From Selaginella moellendorffii (Eukaryota; Plantae; Lycopodiophyta), in contig NW_003314343.1 of assembly GCF_000143415.4 (NCBI RefSeq), positions 1 to 64,000 of the forward strand: a stretch of DNA of 64,000 bases, written 5' to 3'. A program made the translations under genes and the position numbers. The notes under the pieces are model-generated. The model was not told where the DNA came from. It saw only the letters and a program-made list of their open reading frames with translations, and did no database searches. Positions 24,157 to 36,700 of this stretch are shown here, piece by piece (position 1 is the first letter of the stretch; every line of letters starts with the position of its first letter).

Positions 24157-25681
24157 GTTATTGTTTCAGAGGTACGATTTTGTTTGGATAGATACTACAA
24201 TGCTCAGAAACTAACATTCTTGCTGCTCAGCTTTTTTCATTTCGACTTCACAGGACGAACCCCTGCTGAACTTATTCAGATAGTGGGCAGAAAACACTTA
24301 GTTTTACAAACGCCTTACACCTCAGACTCCAAATGCACGCAAGCAGCAGCAGCTCATGAGGTTGAAACTCGGCGTCTGCTAGAAACCGTTCCACATCCTC
24401 AGCGAAGAGGCCACCAACAAGTACGTTCCGCTAGTCATCAGATTCGTGACGCGAGGCAGAAAAACGGCGACACAAGGCTTGCAAGCGGCACAGTACCAAA
24501 ACCAAAGTCGGTTTCATACAGCGGGAAACGATTCCAGCTTGTGATCGTAAAGTCGGATTCAGCATCGCAGGGACACACCAACGGCAGTCCAATGCACAGG
24601 AAAAAGAAATCGATTCCCAAATTTTAGGGCGTTTTGGGTATTTTTCAGAATTTCATTTTTGTCGGGACGGTATATTCTGGTGTATTCTGGTATATTCTAA
24701 TTATTCTAATTAAATTCTGGTATATTCTAATTATATACCAGTGTAGTAAAATCATTAGTAGCTTCCAAAGAGTTCCAAAACCCCCTCAAAGCCGAAGATA
24801 TTCTGGGCTTGCCAAAGCAAGTCAACTAGAACTCCACAAAAAAATTACCAGATTCGAAAACTAAAAATGCCCAAAACAGACGCATGTAAAGCAGATCTAG
24901 AGTCCAGAAAACGAGAAACAGAAGGCTAGGAGATAGGGTGTAACCGCAGTTTTCCATGACTGTCATTTGCTAATGTGAGGGCAGATCCTACAAAATCCAC
25001 AATAATGAGCTGCATACCAGAAAGTTGCATATGTCCAGAATAAAAAAAACACCAGTAGTTCCCAAAACAGCCCAAAACCCCCTCAAACCTGAAACCTTTC
25101 AGCCTTTCAGACACAAGTTTACCAAAACTCCATTGAAAAATCATGAAACCTAGGGGAAACCAATTTGTATTCATCTTCCCTCAGTACATCCTATCCAAAA
25201 CTGAAACCACCTTTACTGACTGATCAAACACTGATTCATCAAGCTCCCAATTAATCTATGAGTACTCAGACACTGATTTATTAAAATTAATCTGTTGGAT
25301 GCATGAGTACTCTCCCCAATTAATCTATTGGATGCATGAGAGTGCTCACCTTGATGTATTCAGATCATATACCCTGAATTTATATTATTAAAAAAAATTT
25401 CAAAGATAAGTATATAATGCCTACAATGCATTTCCACCATAGAAATATGCAATCCATCTCCAACACAAATTGAATTATTCCAAGTATATTTTGTTTTAGG
25501 GTTAAAGTTTTCTTATCTTCTGCCCACTGGAATAGATTCTTTGAAAATTGTTTTTGATGTCAAAGAAGGGAAATGTTGTGACATACAGCTTCCTGCAACT
25601 ATGAAAGGGCTTCTACGGCTTTTTATTCACCTCACCCTCAGTTTCACTTGGGCATTCACACATTCTTGAACTACTGTTGGA

Positions 25682-27823
25682 TGTAAGCCACAAATTTTCC
25701 TTTCCAATTTGCCAGCTTACCTCGTCTACCCGTCCAACACCGCCTTGGCTTTTGCTAAGTTCCCTTGCCAAGGTTCTCGCCTATGGTACTAGCTCCTACT
25801 TGGTCTCAGCTACTCACTGCACGAGCAACGGAGTGTTAGCCATCCATCCACAGATTCCCAAATCACTCCCAATCCCCCTCCCCGGGTTAGACTGGATTTA
25901 AGGTTCGGCTACACTCCCCGCAAGCACAAGCAGCCAAGCACACCAAGCTTCCAGGTTCCTAACATCCTTTGGTACCACAAGACTTGATCATGGGACCCTC
26001 TAAATCCCAAGTCTTGAGTGCAACACTTGCTTCCGGACGGCGGGGCGAAACACCGTGGCCTAGCGGCCCGGTATGGGTACCTCTCGCCCCCCACTTCCAT
26101 CCCGAAGGAAGGCCCAAGCCCCTAGGAAGGGCGAGGACCAATGAGCCGCATGGTACTCAAGTGGGGCACCACTCCACATGAGCCGGGAGCACCACAATCG
26201 GTTTCCCTTTCGGGAGTTGGAGCTGCTCTTGAGCACTTCCTTGGATGGCCCCTCCGGCACCAACCAAGTCCATGCTCACTCCCACCCAAGGCCCCTCGGT
26301 CCCAGTCCCAACCTCAAGTCAGTTTGGGAGCCCCACTGGAGAGTCCCTTCTAAACTGGTTCCTGGACCTCACTATCCCTACTATACTTTTGGAACCCCCT
26401 GCAGCCCCCCCCCCCCCCCCCCTGGGAGACGCACGCTTTGGGCTTTCACCCCTTGACCCGTATTAGTATTTGGATTTAGTCTCTGGCTCGATCTTGGACC
26501 TGATTTCGGATCCGACTTCGGATTCAGTTTCGGACTCGATCTCGGACTCGATCTCGGACCCGATCTCGGACCCGACCTCGGACTCGACCTCGGACTCGGT
26601 CTCGGACCCGATTTCGGATCTTGGACTCCGTCTCGAACTCGGTCTCGAACTCGGACTCGAACTCGGTCCCCGAGTCAGTCTCGGACTTGATTCTGGACTC
26701 GATCTCGAACTCGGTCCTAGAGTCGGTCTTGGACTCGATCTTCGACTTGGTCCCATCCGATGAACTCTTTGTCATTTTGGTCATGCTTTTGGGGTTCCTT
26801 TAGCCTACGACACCTCGGCGAGTTGGTTCCTTACAACTCCACCACCCATAGAAGAAGTTCGATGCCCACATCGAACATCTCGTTTTATCCTACGACTTGT
26901 TGACCATGTCTCCTGGGGCATCCCCCCACTTAGCGGTGTGCCTAAGTTAGCTTCCCCGGCCAAGAGCCCATGACAACGGAATATAGGTGTCCCTATACTC
27001 CTCACCTCACCACGCCCTAGTATAGGGTTGGGACTTGAACCCAGCCTTGCTTTACTAGGGGGTTGGGACTCGAACCCAACCTCCGTAGAATACGTCTACG
27101 GATTCGACATCCCCGCAGGTAGTCGGGCGCCTTCCTCAAATTCCCTTTGAGGTGGACGAATGCCGCCTCGCATTCCGCTGTCCATACCATCTTCCCTTTT
27201 CCTGTTTGGTCCGTTAAGGGCAGAGCTACTCTCGAATAGTGTCTGATAAACTTTCAATAGTAGTTGCATAGCCCCAAGAACGCCCTCAACTCATGTACAT
27301 TCGAAGGTCGCTCCCATTCCTGGATCGCTTGGACCTTCTCCGGGTCCACCTTGAGCCCGTCCTGGCCTACCACATGCCCGAGAAACTTTACCTCTTGTTG
27401 AGCAAAGTCACATTTGCTCTCCTTAGCATACAGTTTGTGTTCCCTTAGTTTCTCAAACACTTTCGCCAAGTGTTCGGCATGCTCCTCTAGCGTCTCGCTA
27501 TAGATCAGGATATCGTCGATATAGACGACCACGAAGTGATCTAGATAGGGTACAAAGATGTAGTTCATCAATGCCGAAAACGTTGCCGGCGCATTGCACA
27601 GCCCAAAGGGCATCACCAGAAACTCAAAGCTCCCATACCTCGTTCGACAGGTTGTCTTCTCGACATCTTCCTCAGCTACCCTGATCTGGTAGTATCCTGA
27701 CCTTAGGTCAATCCTCGAGAAGTATTTTGCCTTTCCCAACCTATCGAACAGGTCCTCGATCCTTGGCAAAGAGTACTTGTTCTTCTTGGTATACTTGTTG
27801 AGCAACCGGTAGTCTATGCACAT
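25682..27823 (-). mobile_element. Deleted copy of the gypsy family: 3' LTR (25682-26835), 3' UTR (to ~27130) joined directly to an RT fragment
   Basis: Reverse complement of the LTR; RT motifs in ORF 27254-27934; cut at 27823 by the DNA transposon end. Confidence 0.93.
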
Positions 27824-28265
27824 AAGCTCTATTTCGTTAAAGTGGGAATTGTCATTATCCCACTTGTAAAATAAGGTTTCCAAACCTTTATATAGTATAT
27901 AAATATAACAAAATTCAACTGCATTGAGGCACATGCCATTTTATTTTAAACAAGGAAATGTCTACTCAATCACTTCTCCTCCCCCTGCCACTGCTTCACC
28001 TCTCTCTTCTCCTTGTCATCGTCGTCCAATTTCTTTTCATCCTTTTAATATTGGCTCAGTTGCTCCGAGTCTAGGTGGAGCCCAAGTCCCCATTCAATCT
28101 TTACTTTCCCCTTATTAATAAAACAACTTCATAGACTTCCAATAACATGCTGTAACACTTCTAGTATAATGCAAATCCTCTCAAAGAATTGTCTTTTAAT
28201 ATTAATACAATGGCATGGAACCCCATGCCATAATAAGTTACATTTTTAAATAAATACATGCCATC

Positions 28266-31200
28266 TCAGACTGTTATTTTTTGCCTCCAACGCCTATACA
28301 ATAATCTTGGAATTTCATCACTCTCCACACTATCAGGATTTAAACCCAATAGTAATGCCATCTCTTCTCTAATACGTCCACGCTCATGTTCAGTGGTCGA
28401 AGAACCCATCTGGTTGAGCAGATTATGGAGATGCGGATAGTGCTTGGCTAGACAATATACATGCCATAAATGATGACTGGTGTCTGTCCGATCAAATGGC
28501 TTCTGATATACCGTTCCATCTGCCATTTGGTTGATTTCTGCAGCCACCTCCTGGACTGGCCGGTTCTCTATCACCATCGCTTCAAGCCGTTTTGCAAAGT
28601 CCCCCAGAACATACGGTTTCTTCTCCCTAGTTTCCATACTGCAAGAGATGGGGTGCACTGCATATGTGTGCGTGTTCGCTGCAGTTTTAATCGGCGAGTC
28701 ATCGATGATGAGGATTTCACTTGACCTAGCAGTCCGGTTCATCACTACAGCCTCTGGCTTGACGAAGATGGGCTTGCTACCCCTCACATGGACCATAGTC
28801 AAGCAATCCTCCTGCGTTAGGAGAAAGTCAAATGGTAATATTACTCGCGTCTGATCGTGCATCATCTGTAGCAACGTTAATGCATTGTGGCGCATCATGG
28901 ATGTCCAAACTCCCAATTGCAAATTGAACCCGGCCCTCTGTTTTAAGTGTCGCATGGTCATTATTAGATCTCGCAGTTTCTCCCGTGTGATTAATGTGAA
29001 TCTGTCTCTTTTGACCAACTTGCGACCGCAGGCTTTGGAGGGTGCAGTGACATTCGAGGACGAGCCACGCTCATGGGAGAAAAGGACACCGTTCAGATCA
29101 AAAACGATACAGTACTTTCGCCGTGACTCTGAAATGAAATGCGTCAGCATAAAAAATGGTACAAGTCAATTTTACCATCTACAATATTAGCGAATGGTGC
29201 TCCCGATGGTCATTCAGAGGGTTTTGGTCGAGGAAACGTGAAGGGCGGAAATACTCTCCTCTGCAATGTGGGGTCAATCGCATCCGATGGCATGTGGGCA
29301 CATGCCATTTCAGCTGTAGACTCTGGTACAACTGGCTCAACAGTGGCATGGGGTGGTTCCGATGGCGTGTGATCACACGCCATTTCAGCTGGTGCCTCCG
29401 TTGGCAAAGTGGACATGACCGAACAGGCAGCAGGGGCGGTGTAGGGAGGTTCCAACGGCGCGTAGTCAGACGATTGGGCACACGTTGAGTCCGTTGGAAA
29501 TGAGGATACGACCGGCTTGGCGGCTGGGGCAGCCTCATGCGGGTCCAATGGCGCCTGGTCACCGTCAGTTGGATACGTGGACAAGATTGACTCAGTGGTA
29601 TGGGCAGCATCAAGTGGAGCGTGGTCAGCTTGCTTGGCGTTGATATGGATAGTAGCCTCCACCAGCTCTGATGACTCTTGCAGGCAAGTAGAGTCCACTG
29701 GCAGATCCATATGCATGTCCAAATATCTCCCTTTGATTGAGATGGTATCCTCCCTACTGGCTACTAAAAACAAACTCATTAGCACATTGAATCGACTATA
29801 CTGTATTTACCATCAACTGCTATTGGGCGCACTGCTGATTCTGAAGGATTGGACATACGTTTCGACCCTTGCTTGGCACTATCCTTCCTCAACACTAAAG
29901 GCTAGAGTTTGTATCTTAATTCAACTGAATAATCTCTACTTACCATTTCTTCTGCGACCTACATGGACAATGTTAAAAATCGTAAAAGGTTAGGAATGGA
30001 TGTACTATTATTTACCTGATGGTTTGTCTTGTATGACCTTCCTCCGCTGCTCTTTGGCCACCTCAGGCTGGCCATCGTCGTCATCATCGTCATCGTCGTT
30101 ATTGTGATCGTCACCATTGTGAGGACCATCCAAGTCCTCTTCGTCCTCCTCTTCTTCGTCCTCCTCTTCTTTGTCCTCCTCTTCGTCCTTCTGCTCTTCC
30201 TGCTCATTATCTTTCTCTGGCTCCTCATCCCCCTCCTGCATTTCTTCCATAGGCTGCTCAGGCTGGATGGCTTGTTTTTCCAGGACCATCTTGGGAAAAT
30301 CATCTGGCCGAGTCTCCATCTCAAAATACAAGACATCCATAGCCTGTTTCAGTGCTTGACCTAGGACCGTATCCTCACCCGACTGTCTTAACATGGTTTC
30401 TGCACGTTCTTGCACCCTTCGAAGACGACGAGATGAGAAAAACGTGGCCCTGACTTGAAAAGCATCCCTCATCCATTGTACCTCTCCATTGAGATTGGGG
30501 AAGGGGAGTCCGCCATAGGAATCTGAGTCAGGAGGTGGTGACTGGCTCCTTTCACTCAGCCCTTGATCTGCAATGAATGGCATGAGCACACACGCCATAA
30601 CCGCGAGGCATTACCTATCATCTTTTTGTTGCCCTTCTTCCTTTTCCAATCAAACGCCTCTGATCCCGACGACTGTCCAACGTGCTTTTGCTTTTTATGA
30701 CCACTGTCAGTTTGAGCTTGGCTGGTGCTTGCCTGTTTTGCCTTTGAAGAAGTGTCTCCTGCAAGGAATGGCATGAGACCACACGCCATTGCAAATATAA
30801 TTTGTACCTCCTTTTTTCCTATTGCTTGTCTGTTTGTCCTTCTTCAACGCGCCACCAGTGCGCTTTTCAGTCCTCGTGTCTGAATATTCACAACGATCTA
30901 TAATCAAAATGGCGTGAGGCCTCACGTGACCTTACCTTGTGCAGGTTGTGAGCTCGGCCTAACATCAGTAGCTGTTAACGCCGTTTCAGCATCTGGGGGT
31001 GGCCACGCTCCTGCATACAGAGCTTGTGAGATAACATTTAAACTTAAAGTGCGTACTCACCAGGTTCGCAGAGAAGATACTGTTTTTCTTTGGCAACTGT
31101 AATTATATGCTCCATTGAAGTCACCTCTTCAATGGAGTTTGTCACCACAACACACGGGACACCCTTGAGTAGTGCGGCTCGAAAGAATAGTCCGCCGCAG

Positions 31201-33621
31201 TTGTACTCGACAACGCATTTGCCCTTGGTGTCACCCGCTATTGCGTTGAAGACCCAGCTGAGCATTTCCCATGCTACACTTGGAGCTTTCTTTGGATTCG
31301 AAAGCTCCATAGCCGTCTTCAGTTCCTCAGGCACGGGTAAATTGACCTCCCTCAGATCAATTCGATCGGCCTTGTCGAACGAAGCTGGGAAGTCACTCCA
31401 GTCCCACTCTGCTGCAGGACCAATAACAAGGGCGAGTGTGAAGATGCGGACATTCGTCGGTATCTTCTTCTTAGCCATTATCCTATGGATCTCCCGCATC
31501 TCCTTGCCTTTCAACCGAGCCTTCACCTCGTTCAAGGCCTTCCAGAACTTGTGATAGGATTCGGAGTCGTAGATCATATAGTGGACTGAAGATTCCACCT
31601 TTGCAAGTCCCACCATTAAGTCAATGATGGAGCTGACTTCGTCTGCATGAGTGATCTCTTCGTTTGTGAAGTCCATCACACAAAAGATGTTCTTGACCTG
31701 CTCATCTCCGCGGGAAACGATGCTCCTCCACCTTTGATCCTCATCCGAATTCACGTATACCCGGTAAGGTTCTCGATAGGCCTCTGCTGCGGGGTCGAGC
31801 TGTTTCTGAAGCCGGCGGTCGACATCCCTCTTAATGAAATTTGGATACTGATCCAACTTCTCAGCTTTACTTTTCGTGGCATCCCGCAGCAGATCGATGA
31901 ACTTGGGGGCCCCCTTCACGTACTCGTCGATGTCTTCATTTGACAACTCCAGCTCTTCCATCATCTCTTGCGTGGTGTCGATGCTCACCCTCTCCACGGC
32001 CACTTGCTCGAAGATCCAATCCTTCAATAGCGCACGAGCTCTCAGAGTCGTGCACAAGTCCTCGTATGTCACAATATGGCCGGGAGTCATTTTGGTCTTG
32101 TTGAAGACTACCTCACCACGTAGAAGAGCATTAGCCACTGTCAGAAGGTCTTCGTCGTCTAGAGACCGCGAGAAACGCAAGGCATTGAGCTTCAAATCAT
32201 TGGGCTTCCGGCCGTCCTCCACACCCATTGAGTTTAGCAACTCCCCGTCATGGTACCTCCTCAGCACATCTACCCATTTGTCAAAAACAACTTTTGTCGC
32301 GAGTATAATGTTATGGATGCTGAGTGTGTCATTGACCCCCAGTGTTTTCGAGAGAAGACTCGAGAATTCCTGCAATGGAAATGGCGTGAGGCCATATGCT
32401 ATGCCACATGCAACGAGGCTTACCTGCCAGGCGCTAGTTGCTAGTGCACGTCCTTGTCCTGGTTTTGTGGCTTCTTTAGTTGAACCCAGAGCTTCCGTGT
32501 TCGTGCCAATGTCTCGTGCAGACCCGATTTGTAGCACGTTTCTTGCTTGACATTCTGCGCGTGGGAGATGGATATGATAGATCGGAGGGGCGAGTTGCCT
32601 TTTATCAGGCGGACAACTCTTGTCTTGAAGACTTTCTTCACCTCCTCGCCCACCATAATATCCACAACTATCTCTTGCATCGCCAAGCTAGAATGCTGCC
32701 CGGAGACGGCATAGAACCGGATGTTCTGATCGTCCAACACCTCCTATTGATCAAGTTTGGAAACCTCGTCTTGCCCTTCATTGTTTGGTAGTAGGGGATC
32801 ACGTCTGCGATGTCGGGTGTTACTAGACTTGCCAGCATCTTCTGCTTCAGTTTCTCCACCCACTCATCAGATACTAGCCTGTGGTTGTATTTGCTTTGGA
32901 TGTCAATACGGCTCACGTTGATTGTATATACTTTGTTGGAATAGTAACAAGTACTATTATCTGCGACGATTTTTGCTGCCTCTTCTTGCTCTTTCTGCTC
33001 TTTGCGGCTCTTCTTTTTGGTGGGTGTAGTGTTCGAACCCGAGGCAATGGCATCACCGAGTAGCTTCTTTTTTGGAGCAGCAGAGTCGGACGTCGGCTTG
33101 AGCTTGACCACCCTTTTCTCCTTCGGGGTAGTTTCCAGATCGACCCCCTTCCCCTTCGCTTCGCGAACTGGAGGCACTCTCAACGGCTCAATGTTGGAAT
33201 ATAGTTTTTGAACATCACCGTAGGTGAGGTCCGTGGATTCCATGTGATCTTCATAGACCCGCAGCGTCTTTGAAATTGTGGGCCTCCTGGACAACCTCTC
33301 CCTAGCTCCCTCTAGGAATTCCTCACAGCCGCTGCCCCCCTCCGGGAAGCCACTAGGATGTGCAAGGTGGATCTTGAAGGCGGACGCTGTCTCTACCACA
33401 AGTGCCAGTCCATATTCTTGCATGGAACTGCATAGAGTGTCTGTCACTTGGATGAGGATCCCCATGCATTCTTTTCTCCCACCATCTGTGTTGTACAGCA
33501 TCAGATCCTCGCCTTCCATCCCGAAAGTCCAACTGGTGAGCTCCTCCCCCTTCTCTGCATCCACATTGACAGTGGCTGGAAGAAGAACGCAATTCCTCGC
33601 CTGTTCAGAAATGCACAACAA
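28266..33621 (-). pseudogene. Multi-exon cargo gene: ParB-like domain, degenerate beta-class amino-methyltransferase-like domain, acidic/low-complexity linker, FCP1/NIF-type HAD phosphatase; 5' end probably further upstream (~33840)
   Basis: Nine 47-57 nt GT-AG introns (32370-32423, 31011-31060, 30880-30935, 30759-30807, 30568-30614, 29959-30015, 29895-29943, 29764-29810, 29129-29175) join the ORFs in frame. Motifs VSGQHS; KAP..CVVEYNCGG..AALLKG; VFDLNGVL..GVWTS..IIDDSPIK. Two stops and two frameshifts. Confidence 0.72.
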
Positions 33622-36600
33622 TTAGAGCTGACAGATGAAAAGCTAGCAGCTGGAAATAACGTGAGGCCACACACCATTCACCACTGCATCAGATGTCTTG
33701 AGGCTGCATCCTAAGATGGCGTGAGGCTACACGCCATCTGTAACTGGACTACACTTGAGAGCCCAATCGGTGCATGCCAATGTTGCTACTGAATGGCATG
33801 TGGCCTCATGCCATTTTCTACTTGGCCTAAAAGACTTACCATTTGAAGCCGAATGGAGGCCGTGACAATCGAGGCCGGACTCGCTGGCGAATGTGCACTG
33901 TGTATGCAGCGGATCGTAGCAGCAAGGCTACTCTGCCACTTACAGTTGGAGAGTGGCGCTGAAATCTCCCGGGACGCCAAGTGGGCTGCGTGTGGGTGGC
34001 AGAGTGGGCGGCGGAGTTGGCGGCGAAGTTACAAACTGGGTGTGTCTTGAAGTGGACGCCGATGCACACGAGCGCGATGCGAGTGCGAGTGTGATGCAAG
34101 CGCGAGTGGACGCCGATGCACACGAGAAACCTGTAGAGAAGGTAGATGAGCGCGAGTGGGAGCGCGATGCGAGCGGGAGTGCGAGTGTGCGAGCGCGAGT
34201 ACGAAGCAAAATGCAAAACCTAACCTCACACGCGTGAAATGTCACAACGGTTGGTAATCCCGCCACGTCATCATTCCTCGGACTTGGGCGCCACCATTAA
34301 TTTCTGGATTGCCGCGCGCATGCAAGCACGCAAAATCCAAAAGAAATCCACAACGTCATCATTCCTCGGACTGCATGCATGCGAAATCCAAAAGAAAGAT
34401 CATGATTGGGATATCATTTAATACCCTCGCTATATTTATACCATGCATGATTGGATATTCCAAAGCATCTTGTATTTCCAAAAATGGCAAATGTTTAGCT
34501 AAATAAAGAAATTCTATCTGTTTCTATTTTTCTCTCAAATCAATATTATAGCGTATGGGCTCATGCAATTTTGAACCAAAGAAACCCAAAAAACGTTGGA
34601 CCCAAAATATTTTGAAAAAACCCAAAAAACCCTAAACATTTTAAACCCAAAAATCCAAGCGTCCTGTGGCGTTATTCCTTGAATGGCGTGTGGGCGCATG
34701 CTATTTTCAGGGCCAAATGCTGAATGGAGAAAAATTCCCTTTCAGTGCAAATGCTGCAAGAGGCAGATGCCGAGCACAAAGGACTGTAACTACCTCACAT
34801 GACACAGATAAACTTTTCTCTATTTGGCAAAGATAAACTTTATAGCGTGTGGGCTCATGCAATTTTGAACCCAAAAAATGCACGGAAAAATTCTTGGCAT
34901 CATCTGGCATTATCTCTTGAATGGCGTGGGGCCGCATGCCATTTTCAGGGGCACATAGGAGTATATTCCTAGGATATTCTGACACGCGCAAGATTTTTTT
35001 GAGTTTTCTGGAGATCCAACCGTTAGATCGCAACTAGATTTTACAGAATGGTATACAATGTCTTCCTTGATGACCCTGCAAAGAAGCATCTCGATCGGAC
35101 ACCACATGAGACCACACGAGCCTTACAATGTTTCAGAGGCATTTGCCATAGATCCGACCGTTATTTTGCTCCAAGATTTTACAGTTTGGTGTGCATTGAC
35201 CTTTCCATCGACACTGCAAAGGGACATCACAATCAGATGCGGGATCACAAGAAACTAACTTCACTAACTCTGGTTTCACCAAGATCTACGTAAGGAGTTA
35301 TGAAATGAAAGGACCTTCTCTATTGAAATGTGTTTATAGTCCTAGGGGCATTGTGACATATCAAAGGATTTTGCATCAAGTTCTGTATTTGCATGTTTAT
35401 CAAGCTACTGAATTGCTAAACCCTAAACCCTAAACATGTGGCAAATGCTGCGTGAAGAAAGATGCCCTTTCTGGGCAAATGCTGTAAGAGGCAGATGCCG
35501 AGCAGATGTATCTCAGGCTAGGGAAGGGGACAAACGAAAGCTAACTATAAACATGACGGGATGCAAATAGATTACTAGGCTGGTCCTGCGAAAATCAAAA
35601 ACCATAATTGAAAACATTGAAAATGCAAAAAGAAAAGTTTATAATATTTTTGAATTTTAAGCAAACCAAAGGAATGTAAGTAGGGCATGTGTTTGTAAGT
35701 TTAAAAATGCCTCAACCACTTAAATTCCCAAGTAAATAAAGCTGTTTCTATTTTTGGTACAGGTAAACTTTATAGCGTGTGGGCTCATGCAATTTTGAAC
35801 CCAAAAATGCACCAAAAAATGCTCGACTAGCATTATTCTTTGAATGGCGTGTGGCCTTATATTGCCATAAATGGACGTACACACACAGCATAATTATTCC
35901 TTTACACGGCGAATAATCTTGGCGCGGATCGTTGACATGGCATGGCAAAGTTCGAATCACTGACATGGCACAGCTGGATCGAGGCAAGGACATGATGTGA
36001 CAAAGTTCAACCTCCGACAGCAAAGTCTAGAAGCTACTCAGTTTGAAATTTGTCAGAGGAGTCATAAAATCTGGTTTGTCAGAGGATTTGATATGACGTT
36101 CAAACGTGTGTTATTTTTGAATTCTCGAACTCATTCCTAGGTCTATCATTTTTGTGCGCCGTGTTCTTGGTTCCGCTGAGCGCAGTGAGCACTGCTTGTG
36201 TAAGCGGCGTTGTGAGCTGTGGTTTATGCGTCTACGAGCGGTTGTGGCATTGCGAGCGCCATTGCGAGCGGCAGTTTATGCGAGTGGCAATTTGTGCGAG
36301 CGGCGCTACGAGCAGTTGCAGTGTTGCGAGCGGCACTGTCTTTGGTGTGGCTACCGCTTCCTCTTGATATTCGGCACTTGTGCTTCCTGGTATGTTCACC
36401 ATGGAATGGCTTAGGACCACATTTAGAAATGGCATGAGGCCACATGCCATCTTGGGCCCTTGCAATTTCATGGCTAGCATATTGTCATGTATGTTTTTAC
36501 TTGCCTGCAACTGTGTGTATATCAAGATGGCATGAGGCCTCATGCCAATTTTGTGAATGCGAAATTTCACGTGGGTGTCAATAGCATGTTTGAATAATGG

Positions 36601-36700
36601 CATGTGGTCTCATGCTATTGAGGTTGTTTGGTATGTTATGATTTAGGCCATTCTCCAATCATTTTTTGTATGGTCTTAACTTCTTTTCTGCACTTTCAGA

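Noticed and set aside
24184-24627. 147-aa ORF after the kinase-PP1 gene, or an extra exon via GT at 24151
   Set aside because: No homology recognised; the PP1 domain is complete before the TGA at 24154-56; cannot be excluded without RNA data
35416-35435. Short CCCTAAA run inside the DNA transposon
   Set aside because: Under three units, no junction evidence; may be a telo-box or chance
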